From contig OZ024741.1 of assembly GCA_964016885.1 (NCBI GenBank), forward strand, positions 340,752,001 through 340,816,000: DNA of 64,000 nucleotides, read 5' to 3'. Shown here one piece after another: positions 1 through 16,345 of this stretch (position 1 is its first letter; each line of letters opens with the position of its first letter). This DNA is from Eledone cirrhosa. Taxonomy: Eukaryota. The notes below the pieces were generated by a model. It was not told the origin of the DNA, searched no databases, and saw only the letters and a list, made by a program, of their open reading frames with translations. A program made the translations under genes and the position numbers.

Positions 1-372
1 CAATACACTTTATGCTTTTAATTAAGCATAAAGTGTATTGCAAAATACATTATATATCCATCCATATATATATTGCTATTTCAGAGCTCCAATTCTAATT
101 TTTAATTTCTGCCTGATCAACAATCGCTCTGTATAATCAGTTCCTGATTATTTACTAGAATTCTATAAGAATATAACATCAGTAATCTCAGTAGACAGGA
201 GGAGTAGTCAGCCTTGATAAGCTTCAACAAAAGCGAAACAAGGCCTTGTCGGCTTATCTCCCCTGTTTGCTGAGATTAAAGTAAGTGAATTTGTCACTAC
301 TCTAAAACAATAGCATACGGTCTTCAAAATGCTTTTAATTAAGCATAAAGTGTATTGCAAAATACATTATAT
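1..372 (+). mobile_element. HHR-bearing non-coding element, family A (317-nt partial tandem monomer, retrozyme/PLE-pLTR-like)
   Basis: TGCTTTTAATTAAGCATAAAGTGTATTGC occurs at 13 and 330 (317 bp period). Homologous to 53281-53915 and 24870-25445. Ends in (TA)n. Confidence 0.8.
210..254 (+). ncRNA. Type I hammerhead ribozyme, U3-A8 core variant (family A)
   Basis: AGCC-TTGATAA-GCTT(CAACAA)AAGC-GAAA-CAAGGCCTTG-TC-GGCT. Helix I AGCC/GGCT, palindromic helix III, GUC cleavage triplet. Confidence 0.85.
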
Positions 373-521
373 ATACATCTATATATATATAGTAAATATT
401 GAGTTAGAAACTAACAATTGTCCCTTACAATTAAAATAATTCAAGGAAAACATTTTCCGAGCCTTATATTATAATAAAGGTCCCTTATGATTTGAACGCA
501 TATCTGTGTTTATCTCTTTTT

Positions 522-524
<3 letters not shown>

Positions 525-592
<68 letters not shown>

Positions 593-765
593 TGTATATG
601 TATATATATATATATGTGTGTATATATATATATATATATAAATGTATATATGTATATATATATGTATATATATATATGTATATATATACATATATATACA
701 TATATATATATATGTATATATATATGTATATATATATATGTATATATATATGTATATATATATGA

Positions 766-797
<32 letters not shown>

Positions 798-802
798 GTA
801 TA

Positions 803-842
<40 letters not shown>
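525..842. repeat. (TA)n microsatellite, representative of dozens of (TA)n, (CA)n, (GA)n and (TATG)n arrays across the window
   Basis: Direct reading. These arrays generate the YI/TH/CV pseudo-ORFs. Confidence 0.98.
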
Positions 843-843
<1 letters not shown>

Positions 844-905
844 TTATTATAAGTACAGATTAAAGTTTAATTTGCTTAGACTTTAATCTGTACTTATAAT
901 AAGTA
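841..905. repeat. Small fold-back hairpin derived from the 3' end of HHR family K
   Basis: TACTTATTATAAGTACAGATTAAAGT...ACTTTAATCTGTACTTATAATAAGTA. Right part resembles TTTGCTTAAACTTTAATCTGT at ~37008 and ~43112. Confidence 0.7.
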
Positions 906-908
906 TAT

Positions 909-958
<50 letters not shown>

Positions 959-1115
959 AGAGGGAGAGGAAAGAGATCCCAAATTAAATAAGGTACTCAA
1001 TATATTAGTAGCGTGTGAGCATCAATATTTAATATAGAAATGGCTTCTACAGGACCTAGAACTGTTTAATTCGTATGTCTATAAACGCACACACACACAC
1101 ACACACGCGCGCACA

Positions 1116-1194
<79 letters not shown>

Positions 1195-1659
1195 CGACTA
1201 ATTATCGAGTCATCACCTCAAGCAACGACTCTACCATTAACCCCATTACCCCCTACAACAACACAACCACCACCAGGCACACTATCACAACGTCAAAACC
1301 ATCAAAACCGCAGCCAGATACACCATGATAACAACAATTATAACACCACCACCACCACAACTACCACCAGATGCACCATTCACAACAACAACAACAATTG
1401 CTCTGTTTCTCTATTTCTCATATATTTACATCACCTGAGGTAGCCACTTACTGACTAATGGTTGGTGGTTGGAGATAACAGAAATTAATGGAGCCAAGGA
1501 AATATTAAACACACACACAGACGCATATTTATATAAGTACAGAATTTATATATATGAGTTTCTATGAATATGTAGATATGTGTGTGTGTGTTTATATATA
1601 TATATATAATTATCTCCTGTGATTATTCATGTTTATTTATATGTTAATCAATTTCTAGT

Positions 1660-1737
<78 letters not shown>

Positions 1738-1791
1738 TACTTTAAGACATTTTTTAATCGTTGTTGCTCCCAGAAAGATCTAGTGCAACAA

Positions 1792-1854
<63 letters not shown>

Positions 1855-2167
1855 GGCACGTGCACATATACATATATAACGAAAGAAATAAGGAAGAGAC
1901 TGGTAATTTGAATAGCGCGAGAGGTTAAAACAAAGTGATCGGAATAAATGCACAAAAACGCAAAAATTTGTGCCATGAATACACTTTGGCTGAATAGAAG
2001 GAAAGGGAAAGGACCTGACGTATCGGCTTAACCCTTCCATCGAATTAGTGTCAGAGAAGAAAGGAATAAGAATGAAATAAGTATATATGTTTAAATGTTA
2101 GAACGATACCAAGTTGGAGAACAGATTTGTCTTATGTCACTAAATCCTATTATATATATATATACAT

Positions 2168-2615
2168 AATTAGAAGGGATATTCAATTTGTTGGTAATTC
2201 AACAAATATAAATGTTTATAACTGATTCAGAGCACTCGACAGTTTTCTGGAGTATAATATACAATGATATTAAATAAATGGAAACTATATTTATGAAACC
2301 ATATTTATTCTATTATATATATTTCAAGGGTACCAAAGTTTTGGTACGCTATCATCAGATAAAATACGAAGTGTGTTTTATGAATTTTGACATAGCCAAG
2401 GAGAATATACCTTAACGGTTCAAGTTTTCCTTCACTATCCAAGGAAAACTGGAACCGTTAAGGTATATTCTCCTTGGTTATGTCAAAATTTATTAAAAAA
2501 AACACTTCGTATTTTATGATGATAGCGTACCAACATTTTGGTACCCTTGAAATATATATAATAGAATAAATATGGTTTTATAAATATAGTTTCCATTTAT
2601 TTAATATCATTGTAT
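2168..2615. mobile_element. Fold-back of PLE pseudo-LTR, family B (~170-bp arms, centre ~2433-2440)
   Basis: 2261-2432 is the reverse complement of 2441-2613. Homologous to PLE ends at 31303-31700 and 39770-40170. Flanked by (TA)n. Confidence 0.85.
2308..2364 (-). ncRNA. Type I hammerhead ribozyme (family B)
   Basis: Minus strand: TTTTAT-CTGATGA-TAGCGTACCAAAACTTTGGTACCCTT-GAAA-TATATA-TA-ATAGAA. The + arm copy (~2512-2566) has a 2-nt core deletion. Confidence 0.85.
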
Positions 2616-2635
2616 ATATATATATATATATGTGT

Positions 2636-2718
<83 letters not shown>

Positions 2719-2824
2719 TGTGTGTGTGTGTATGTTTATCCCGGGCTCAATGGTTCAATCGGGGGTAACAAGAGTAATTAAAGCACTCAATACATAACAG
2801 AGTATAAATATTTAATATAGAAAT

Positions 2825-2876
2825 GGCTTCTACAGGACTAGAACTGTTTCATTCTGAAGAAATCATCAGGAAAGCC
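2825..2876 (-). ncRNA. Type I hammerhead ribozyme (family C), in an island at ~2736-2896 that folds back at the ribozyme
   Basis: Minus strand: GGCTTTC-CTGATGA-TTTCTTCAGAAT-GAAA-CAG(TTCTAGTC)CTG-TA-GAAGCC. A truncated relative lies at ~990-1072. Confidence 0.75.
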
Positions 2877-2916
2877 TGATGATTTCTTCCGAATGATTTC
2901 TTTCATATATATATAC

Positions 2917-3048
2917 ATAAACAAAAAAGGACAAAGACGGTAACGAAAACGAAAGCAACGAGCACATATACGAAAATCGACAATAGAAAAGGAACGAAGA
3001 AACAGAGACAGCAAAGCAAAAAGAAACCACCGCCATCCTCGCCCGCCC

Positions 3049-3136
<88 letters not shown>

Positions 3137-3211
3137 TTCGTTCCTATTATATTGTCGATTTGCGTATATGTGCTCGTTGCTTTCGTTTTCGTTACCGTCT
3201 TTGTCCTTTTT

Positions 3212-3217
<6 letters not shown>
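2917..3217. repeat. ~85-bp inverted repeat around a (CT)n(AT)n spacer
   Basis: AAAAAGGACAAAGACGGTAACGAAAACGAAAGCAACGAGCACATATACG...GGAACGAAGA (2925-3000) is the reverse complement of 3135-3211. Confidence 0.85.
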
Positions 3218-3273
<56 letters not shown>

Positions 3274-3283
3274 ATATATATAT

Positions 3284-3331
<48 letters not shown>

Positions 3332-3354
3332 ATATATATATATATATATATATA

Positions 3355-3474
<120 letters not shown>

Positions 3475-3496
3475 ATATATATATATATATATATAT

Positions 3497-3623
<127 letters not shown>

Positions 3624-3624
3624 C

Positions 3625-3659
<35 letters not shown>

Positions 3660-4053
3660 ATATATATATATCATATATATATATATATATATACCATATA
3701 TATATATATATATAAGAAATATAATTGTTTCTACTTTAGGCACAAGGCCAGCAAATACCCAGTGCATTACTGGTACTTTATTTTATATATATAAGAAATA
3801 TAATCTCTATTAGACACAGCAGGAAATATTTTCTTCTGCAAACAATTTCCAACAGAGAGTTCAGTTCAACGAATGTGTTTTTGTATATTTATGTTGCATT
3901 CAAAGTATTTATAAATAAACATGATTAACTGAAAGACTAGTTCCTGTATTAAATTATTAAATTAAAATTAATATAGTATTTGTAAGTATACATTTTAATA
4001 TGTATTGCAATGTTTGTATTTTCGTGTGTCCAACTATTTTCAATTTAATCACA

Positions 4054-4480
4054 TTTAACTTTTTCTTCGCCATATTTATAATGAAAGACATTGCTTGCGT
4101 TTTTCAAATAATTTGGAAAATAATCAAGAATTAGATGGGATTTAGTAATATCATTTTTTCGCTATTAAGCTGGTGGCTGGAACATAACTTAACAAACGAT
4201 TTCACTTAAAAGTTATAATGGAAGCGTTTTAGATAAATATAAACACTTTAACTCTTTCGTTACCATATTTCTAATGAAAGTCACTGTCTAAACTTTTCAC
4301 AAAAATTTGGAGGGATTTATTAATATAATCAACATTCTCATTAGTAATCTGATGTTTGGAAAATAATTTTACAAAGGTTCTTACATAAAATTATGGAAAT
4401 TTTTAGATAAATATAAACACATTTAAAGAAAAGCAGTTTTGTATCGTAGTGCGAGGGGTATGGAAATGGTTACTGAAATA
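4054..4480. mobile_element. Decayed tandem pair (~190-bp unit) of a piggyBac-like MITE
   Basis: TTTAACT(C/T)TT...CCATATTT.TAATGAAAG at 4054 and 4247. Similar to 47656-47872 and, inverted, ~59720-59820. Confidence 0.45.
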
Positions 4481-5449
4481 CCAGCCGAGAGTGTGGAATT
4501 GGCAGGAATTGTTAGATTACTTTGTTCTGGTTCTCTGCATTCCGACTTCTTGAGTACTAGATTTATCACCCAGTTTAATACCACAAACTGGGCTTTAGGC
4601 AGCTTTTAGCAGAGTTCACTCTATTGCAAGCATTTGATCCAGGTCTCTGGTTCGAGGATAACCATTTCCTTCCATCCTTTCCCTTTACAATACACCAGTC
4701 TTGAAGGCCGTGAAAAAATTAATAATAAAGGGTCATGCGCTGGAACCTTCTCTCCCTGACTAAATTATAGAAAATGGCTAAAAATACTTTCGATATAAAT
4801 ATTTTTCTAATGACATTGATTGTACTAGAAATATTAAAATGTTTATTGTGGTGTTGTTGATGATTGCTGTATTGGTGGTGGAGTTGTTGGTGGTGACTAT
4901 TGTGGTGGTGGTGATTGTGATGGTGATGGTTAAGGTGGTGGGGAAGTTGATGGTAATGGTGGTGATGAAAAGGATGATGATGTTGATCACCACCAATTCA
5001 TTCACTTCTATCAAGATTATGAAGATACATATTACAGAAGAAAAAGTAAAACAATGAAAATTGATGATAGAAAAGATAGCGAATGAAACTGGACCGATAG
5101 GTGAATTAGCAGCAACAACAGCAGCAGCAACAAAAACAGCCACAACAGAAAACAAAAATAAAAACATCAACAATCACAATAACCACCACAACAACAACAG
5201 CCACAACTCCAGCAACAACAAACACATCAACACCCATCAACAACCATCACCACCACAACAACCACAGCCACAACAAAACATCTACAAACATCACTACCAA
5301 CAACATACCACAATAACAGCAGCCACAACTCCAGCAACAATAACAACAACAACAAAAACATCAACAACCATCACCATCAACACCACCACAACAACAGCCA
5401 CTACTCAAGCAACAACAACCATCACCTCCATTACCACCACAACAACCAC

Positions 5450-8400
5450 AGCAACAACAAAAACATCTACTACCATCACCCTCAACAACCACCACAACAA
5501 CCGCAGCAGCAACAACAAAAACATCTACTACCATCACCCCCAACACCACCACAATAACCACAGCAACAACAAAAACATCTACGACCATCACCCCCAACAC
5601 CACCACAATAACCACAGCAACAACAAAAACATCTACTACCATCAACCCCAACACCACCACAATAACCACAGCAACAACAAAAACATCTACTACCATCACC
5701 CCAACACCACCACAATAACCACAGGAACAACAAAAACATCTACTACCATCACCCCCAACACCACCACAATAACCACAGCAACAACAAAAACATCTACTAC
5801 CATCACCCCCAACACCACCACAATAACCACAGCAACAACAAAAACATCTACTACCATCACCCCCAACACCACCACAATAACCACAGCAACAACAAAAACA
5901 TCTACGACCATCACCCCCAACACCACCACAATAACCACAGCAACAACAAAAACATCTACTACCATCACCCCCAACACCACCACAATAACCACAGCAACAA
6001 CAAAAACATCTACGACCATCACCACCAACGCCACCACAATAAACACAGCAACAACAAAAACATCTACTACCATCACCCCAACACCACCACAATAACCACA
6101 GCAACAACAAAAACATCTACGACCATCACCCTCAACACCACCACAATAACCACAGCAACAACAAAAACATCTACGACCATCACCACCAACATCACCACAA
6201 TAACCACAGCAACAACAAAAACATCTACGACCATCACCCCCAACACCACCACAATAACCACAGAAACAACAAAAACATCTACGACCATCACCCCCAACAC
6301 CACCACAATAACCACAGTAACAACAAAAACATCTACGACCATCACAACCAACACCACCACAATAACCACGGAAACAACAAAAACATCTACTACCATCACC
6401 CCAACACCACCACAATAACCACAGCAACAACAAAAACATCTACGACCATCACCCCAACACCACCACAATAACCACAGCAACAACAAAAACATCTACTACC
6501 ATCACCCCAACACCACCACAATAACCACAGCAACAACAAAAACATCTACGACCATCACCCTAAACACCACCACAATAACCACAGCAACAACAAAAACATC
6601 TACGACCATCACCCTCAACACCACCACAATAACCACAGCAACAACAAAAACATCTACGACCATCACCCTCAACACCACCACAATAACCACAGCAACAACA
6701 AAAACATCTACGACCATCACCCCAACACCACCACAATAACCACAGAAACAACAAAAACATCTACGACCATCACCTCAACACCACCACAATAACCAAAACA
6801 ACAACAAAAACATCTACGACCATCACCCCAACACCACCACAATAACCACAGAAACAACAAAAACATCTACGACCATCACCCCCAACATCACCACAATAAC
6901 CACAGCAACAACAAAAACATCTACGACCATCACCCCCAACACCACCACAATAACCACAGCAACAACAAAAACATCTACTACCAGCACCCCAACACCACCA
7001 CAATAACCACAGCAACAACAAAAACATCTACTACCATCACCCCCAACACCACCACAATAACCACAGCAACAACAAAAACGTCTACTACCATCACCCCAAC
7101 ACCACCACAATAACCACAGCAACAACAAAAACATCTACTACCATCACCCCAACACCACCACAATAACCACAGCAACAACAAAAACATCTACGACCATCAC
7201 CCTCAACACCACCACAATAACCACAGCAACAACAAAAACATCTACGACCATCACCACCAACATCACCACAATAACCACAGCAACAACAAAAACATCTACT
7301 ACCATCACCCCAACACCACCACAATAACCACAGCAACAACAAAAACATCTACTACCATCACCCCAACACCACCACAATAACCACAGCAACAACAAAAACA
7401 TCTACTACCATCACCCCAACACCACCACAATAACCACAGCAACAACAGAAACATCTACGACCATCACCCTCAACACCACCACAATAACCACAGCAACAAC
7501 AAAAAAATCTACGACCATCACCACCAACATCACCACAATAACCACAGCAACAACAAAAACATCTACGACCATCACCCTCAACACCACCACAATAACCACA
7601 GCAACAACAAAAACATCTACGACCATCACCACCAGCATCACCACAATAACCACAGCAACAACAAAAACATCTACGACCATCACCACCAGCATCACCACAA
7701 TAACCACAGCAACAACAAAAACATCTACGACCATCACCCCCAACACCACCACAATAACCACAGCAACAACAAAAACATCTACGACCATCACCACCAACAT
7801 CACCACAATAACCACAGCAACAACAAAAACATCTACGACCATCACCCCCAACACCACCACAATAACCACAGCAACAACAAAAACATCTACTACCATCACC
7901 CTCAACACCACCACAATAATCACAGAAACAACAAAAACATCTACTACCATCACCCTCAACCCCACCACAATAACCACAGCAACAACAAAAACATCTACGA
8001 CCATCACCACCAACACCACCACAATAACCACAGCAACAACAAAAACATCTACTACCATCACCCTCAACACCACCACAATAACCACAGCAACAACAAAAAC
8101 ATCTACGACCATCACCCCCAACATCACCACAATAACCACAGCAACAACAAAAACATCTACGACCATCACCCTCAATACCACCACAATAACCACAGAAACA
8201 ACAAAAACATCTACTACCATCACCCTCAACAACCACCACAACAACCGCAGCAGCAACAACAAAAACATCTACGACCATCACAACCAACACCACCACAATA
8301 ACCACGGAAACAACAAAAACATCTACTACCATCACCCCAACACCACCACAATAACCACAGCAACAACAAAAACATCTACGACCATCACCCTCAACACCAC

Positions 8401-11400
8401 CACAATAACCACAGCAACAACAAAAACATCTACGACCATCACCACCAGCATCACCACAATAACCACAGCAACAACAAAAACATCTACGACCATCACCACC
8501 AGCATCACCACAATAACCACAGCAACAACAAAAACATCTACGACCATCACCCCCAACACCACCACAATAACCACAGCAACAACAAAAACATCTACGACCA
8601 TCACCACCAACATCACCACAATAACCACAGCAACAACAAAAACATCTACGACCATCACCCACAACACCACCACAATAACCACAGCAACAACAAAAACATC
8701 TACTACCATCACCCTCAACACCACCACAATAATCACAGAAACAACAAAAACATCTACTACCATCACCCTCAACACCACCACAATAACCACAGGAACAACA
8801 AAAACATCTACGACCATCACCACCAACACCACCACAATAACCACAGCAACAACAAAAACATCTACTACCATCACCCTCAACACCACCACAATAACCACAG
8901 CAACAACAAAAACATCTACGACCATCACCCCCAACATCACCACAATAACCACAGCAACAACAAAAACATCTACGACAATCACCCCCAACACCACCACAAT
9001 AACCACAGAAACAACAAAAACATCTACTACCATCACCCTCAACAACCACCACAACAACCGCAGCAGCAACAACAAAAACATCTACTACCATAACCCTCAA
9101 CAACCACCACAACAACCGCAGCAGCAACAACAAAAACATCTACTACCATCACCCCCAACACCACCACAATAACCACAGAAACAACAAAAACATCTACGAC
9201 CATCACCCCCAACACCACCACAATAACCACAGCAATAACAAAAACATCTACGACCATCACAACCAACACCACCACAATAACCACGGAAACAACAAAAACA
9301 TCTACTACCATCACCCCAACACCACCACAATAACCACAGCAACAACAAAAACATCTACGACCATCACCCCAACACCACCACAATAACCACAGCAACAACA
9401 AAAACATCTACTACCATCACCCCAACACCACCACAATAACCACAGCAACAACAAAAACATCTACGACCATCACCCTCAACACCACCACAATAACCACAGC
9501 AACAACAAAAACATCTACGACCATCACCCTCAACACCACCACAATAACCACAGCAACAACAAAAACATCTACGACCATCACCCTCAACACCACCACAATA
9601 ACCACAGCAACAACAAAAAAATCTACGACCATCACCACCAACATCACCACAATAACCACAGCAACAACAAAAACATCTACTACCATTACCACCAACATAA
9701 CCACAATAACCACAGCAACAACAAAAAAATCTACGACCATCACCCTCAACACCACCACAATAACCACAGCAACAACAAAAACATCTACGACTATCACCAC
9801 CAACACCACCACAATAACCACAGCAACAACAAAAACATCTACTACCATCACCCCCAACATCACCACAATAACCACAGCAACAACAAAAACATCTACTACC
9901 ATCACCCTCAACACCACCACAATAATCACAGAAACAACAAAAACATCTACTACCATCACCCTCAACACCACCACAATAACCACAGCAACAACAAAAACAT
10001 CTACGACCATCACCACCAACGCCACCACAATAACCACAGCAACAACAAAAACATCTACTACCATCACCCTCAACACCACCACAATAACCACAGCAACAAC
10101 AAAAACATCTACGACCATCACCCCCAACATCACCACAATAACCACAGCAACAACAAAAACATCTACGACCATCACCCTCAACACCACCACAATAACCACA
10201 GAAACAACAAAAACATCTACTACCATCACCCTCAACAACCACCACAACAACCGCAGCAGCAACAACAAAAACATCTACTACCATCACCCTCAACAACCAC
10301 CACAACAACCGCAGCAGCAACAACAAAAACATCTACTACCATCACCCCCAACACCACCACAATAACCACAGAAACAACAAAAACATCTACGACCATCTAC
10401 CCCAGCACCACCACAATAACCACAGCAACAACAAAAACATCTACGACCATCACAACCAACACCACCACAATAACCACGGAAACAACAAAAACATCTACTA
10501 CCATCACCCCAACACCACCACAATAACCACAGCAACAACAAAAACATCTACGACCATCACCCTCAACACCACCACAATAACCACAGCAACAACAAAAACA
10601 TCTACGACCATCACCCTCAACACCACCACAATAACCACAGCAACAACAAAAACATCTACGACCATCACACCAACACCACCACAATAACCACAGCAACAAC
10701 AAAAACATCTACGACCATCACCTCAACACCACCACAATAACCAAAACAACAACAAAAACATCTACGACCATCACCCCAACACCACCACAATAACCACAGA
10801 AACAACAAAAACATCTACGACCATCACCCCCAACATCACCACAATAACCACAGCAACAACAAAAACATCTACGACCATCACCCCCAACACCACCACAATA
10901 ACCACAGCAACAACAAAAACATCTACTACCATCACCCCAACACCACCACAATAACCACAGCAACAACAAAAACATCTACTACCATCACCCCCAACACCAC
11001 CACAATAACCACAGCAACAACAAAAACATCTACTACCATCACCCCAACACCACCACAATAACCACAGCAACAACAAAAACATCTACTACCATCACCCCAA
11101 CACCACCACAATAACCACAGCAACAACAAAAACATCTACGACCATCACCCTCAACACCACCACAATAACCACAGCAACAACAAAAACATCTACGACCATC
11201 ACCACCAACATCACCACAATAACCACAGCAACAACAAAAAAATCTACGACCATCACCCTCAACACCACCACAATAACCACAGCAACAACAAAAACATCTA
11301 CGACCATCACCACCAACACCACCACAATAACCACAGCAACAACAAAAACATCTACTACCATCACCCCCAACATCACCACAATAACCACAGAAACAACAAA

Positions 11401-14400
11401 AACATCTACGACCATCACCCCAACACCACCACAATAACCACAGCAACAACAAAAACATCTACGACCATCACCCCAAAACCACCACAATAACCACAGCAAC
11501 AACAAAAACATCTACGACCATCACCCTCAACACCACCACAATAACCACAGCAACAACAAAAACATCTACGACCATCACCACCAGCATCACCACAATAACC
11601 ACAGCAACAACAAAAACATCTACGACCATCACCACCAGCATCACCACAATAACCACAGCAACAACAAAAACATCTACGACCATCACCCCCAACACCACCG
11701 CAATAACCACAGCAACAACAAAAACATCTACGACCATCACCACCAACATCACCACAATAACCACAGCAACAACAAAAACATCTACGACCATCACCCCCAA
11801 CACCACCACAATAACCACAGCAACAACAAAAACATCTACTACCATCACCCTCAACACCACCACAATAACCACAGCAACAACAAAAACATCTACGACCATC
11901 ACCCTCAACACCACCACAATAACCACAGAAACAACAAAAACATCTACTACCATCACCACCAACACCACCACAATAATCACAGAAACAACAAAAACATCTA
12001 CTACCATCACCCTCAACACCACCACAATAACCACAGCAACAACAAAAACATCTACGACCATCACCACCAACACCACCACAATAACCACAGCAACAACAAA
12101 AACATCTACTACCATCACCCTCAACACCACCACAATAACCACAGCAACAACAAAAACATCTACGACCATCACCCCCAACATCACCACAATAACCACAGCA
12201 ACAACAAAAACATCTACGACCATCACCACCAACACCACCACAATAACCACAGCAACAACAAAAACATCTACTACCATCACCCCCAACATCACCACAATAA
12301 CCACAGAAACAACAAAAACATCTACGACCATCACCCCAACACCACCACAATAACCACAGCAACAACAAAAACATCTACGACCATCACCCCAACACCACCA
12401 CAATAACCACAGCAACAACAAAAACATCTACGACCATCACCCCAAAACCACCACAATAACCACAGCAACAACAAAAACATCTACGACCATCACCCTCAAC
12501 ACCACCACAATAACCACAGCAACAACAAAAACATCTACGACCATCACCACCAGCATCACCACAATAACCACAGCAACAACAAAAACATCTACGACCATCA
12601 CCACCAGCATCACCACAATAACCACAGCAACAACAAAAACATCTACGACCATCACCCCCAACACCACCACAATAACCACAGCAACAACAAAAACATCTAC
12701 GACCATCACCACCAACATCACCACAATAACCACAGCAACAACAAAAACATCTACGACCATCACCCCCAACACCACCACAATAACCACAGCAACAACAAAA
12801 ACATCTACTACCATCACCCTCAACACCACCACAATAACCACAGCAACAACAAAAACATCTACGACCATCACCCTCAACACCACCACAATAACCACAGAAA
12901 CAACAAAAACATCTACTACCATCACCACCAACACCACCACAATAATCACAGAAACAACAAAAACATCTACTACCATCACCCTCAACACCACCACAATAAC
13001 CACAGCAACAACAAAAACATCTACGACCATCACCCCCAACATCACCACAATAACCACAGCAACAACAAAAACATCTACGACCATCACCACCAACACCACC
13101 ACAATAACCACAGCAACAACAAAAACATCTACTACCATCACCCCCAACATCACCACAATAACCACAGAAACAACAAAAACATCTACGACCATCACCCCAA
13201 CACCACCACAATAACCACAGCAACAACAAAAACATCTACGACCATCACCCCAACACCACCACAATAACCACAGCAACAACAAAAACATCTACGACCATCA
13301 CCCCAAAACCACCACAATAACCACAGCAACAACAAAAACATCTACGACCATCACTCTCAACACCACCACAATAACCACAGCAACAACAAAAACATCTACG
13401 ACCATCACCACCAGCATCACCACAATAACCACAGCAACAACAAAAACATCTACGACCATCACCACCAGCATCACCACAATAACCACAGCAACAACAAAAA
13501 CATCTACGACCATCACCCCCAACACCACCACAATAACCACAGCAACAACAAAAACATCTACGACCATCACCACCAACATCACCACAATAACCACAGCAAC
13601 AACAAAAACATCTACGACCATCACCCCCAACACCACCACAATAACCACAGCAACAACAAAAACATTTACTACCATCACCCTCAACACCACCACAATAACC
13701 ACAGCAACAACAAAAACATCTACGACCATCACCCTCAACACCACCACAATAACCACAGAAACAACAAAAACATCTACTACCATCACCCCAAAACCACCAC
13801 AATAACCACAGCAACAACAAAAACATCTACTACCATCACCCCAACACCACCACAATAACCACAGCAACAACAAAAACATCTACTACCATCACCCCAACAC
13901 CACCACAATAACCACAGCAACAACAAAAACATCTACGACCATCACCCTCAACACCACCACAATAACCACAGCAACAACAAAAAAATCTACGACCATCACC
14001 ACCAACATCACCACAATAACCACAGCAACAACAAAAACATCTACTACCATCACCACCAACATAACCACAATAACCACAGCAACAACAAAAAAATCTACGA
14101 CCATCACCCTCAACACCACCACAATAACCACAGCAACAACAAAAACATCTACGACCATCACCCCAACACCACCACAATAACCACAGCAACAACAAAAACA
14201 TATACGACCATTAACCCCAACACCACCACAATAACCACAGCAACAACAAAAACATCTACTACCATCACCCTCAACACCACCACAATAACCACAGCAACAA
14301 CAAAAACATCTACGACCATCACCCTCAACACCACCACAATAACCACAGAAACAACAAAAACATCTACTACCATCACCCTCAACACCACCACAATAACCAC

Positions 14401-16345
14401 AGCAACAACAAAAACATCTACTACCATCACCCTCAACACCACCACAATAACCACAGCAACAACAAAAACATCTACGACCATCACCACCAACACCACCACA
14501 ATAACCACAGCAACAACAAAAACATCTACTACCATCACCCTCAACACCACCACAATAACCACAGCAACAACAAAAACATCTACGACCATCACCCCCAACA
14601 TCACCACAATAACCACAGCAACAACAAAAACATCTACGACCATCACCACCAACACCACCACAATAACCACAGCAACAACAAAAACATCTACGACCATCAC
14701 CCCAAAACCACCACAATAACCACAGCAACAACAAAAACATCTACGACCATCACCCTCAACACCACCACAATAACCACAGCAACAACAAAAACATCTACGA
14801 CCATCACCACCAGCATCACCACAATAACCACAGCAACAACAAAAACATCTACGACCATCACCACCAGCATCACCACAATAACCACAGCAACAACAAAAAC
14901 ATCTACGACCATCACCCTCAACACAACCACAATAACCACAGAAACAACAAAAACATCTACTACCATCACCACCAACACCACCACAATAATCACAGAAACA
15001 ACAAAAACATCTACTACCATCACCCTCAACACCACCACAATAACCACAGCAACAACAAAAACATCTACGACCATCACCCCCAACATCACCACAATAACCA
15101 CAGCAACAACAAAAACATCTACGACCATCACCACCAACACCACCACAATAACCACAGCAACAACAAAAACATCTACTACCATCACCCCCAACATCACCAC
15201 AATAACCACAGAAACAACAAAAACATCTACGACCATCACCCCAACACCACCACAATAACCACAGCAACAACAAAAACATCTACGACCATCACCCCAACAC
15301 CACCACAATAACCACAGCAACAACAAAAACATCTACGACCATCACCCCAAAACCACCACAATAACCACAGCAACAACAAAAACATCTACGACCATCACCC
15401 TCAACACCACCACAATAACCACAGCAACAACAAAAACATCTACGACCATCACCACCAGCATCACCACAATAACCACAGCAACAACAAAAACATCTACGAC
15501 CATCACCACCAGCATCACCACAATAACCACAGCAACAACAAAAACATCTACGACCATCACCCCCAACACCACCACAATAACCACAGCAACAACAAAAACA
15601 TCTACGACCATCACCACCAACATCACCACAATAACCACAGCAACAACAAAAACATCTACGACCATCACCCCCAACACCACCACAATAACCACAGCAACAA
15701 CAAAAACATCTACTACCATCACCCTCAACACCACCACAATAACCACAGCAACAACAAAAACATCTACGACCATCACCACCAACACCACCACAATAACCAC
15801 AGCAACAACAAAAACATCTACTACCATCACCCTCAACACCACCACAATAACCACAGCAACAACAAAAACATCTACGACCATCACCCCCAACATCACCACA
15901 ATAACCACAGCAACAACAAAAACATCTACGACCATCACCCTCAACACCACCACAATAACCACAGAAACAACAAAAACATCTACAACCATCACTGTCAACA
16001 CCACCACAATAACCACAGAAACAACAAAAACATCTACTACCATCACCCCAACACCACCACAATAACCACAGCAACAACAAAAACATCTACGACCATCACC
16101 CTCAACACCACCACAATAACCACAGCAACAACAAAAACATCTACGACCATCACCCTCAACACCACCACAATTACCACAGAAACAACAAAAACATCTACTA
16201 CCATCACCCTCAACACCACCACAATAACCACAGCAACAACAAAAACATCTACGACCATCACCCCCAACACCACCACAATAACCACAGCAACAACAAAAAC
16301 ATCTACGACCATCACCACCAACATCACCACAACAGCAACCACAAC
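5450..16345. repeat. 54-bp minisatellite array (~200 units, with 53- and 58-bp variants)
   Basis: Consensus AACACCACCACAATAACCACAGCAACAACAAAAACATCTAC(G/T)ACCATCACC(CCC/CTC/ACC/CC), repeated contiguously. Confidence 0.98.

Noticed and set aside
5061-6095. Thr-rich mucin-like CDS
   Set aside because: The start is non-ATG or weak, there is no signal peptide or clear splice context, and recurrent frameshifting units are themselves amplified. Kept only as a testable alternative.
5450-16345. CRISPR-like array
   Set aside because: There are no unique spacers and no cas genes, and the context is eukaryotic.
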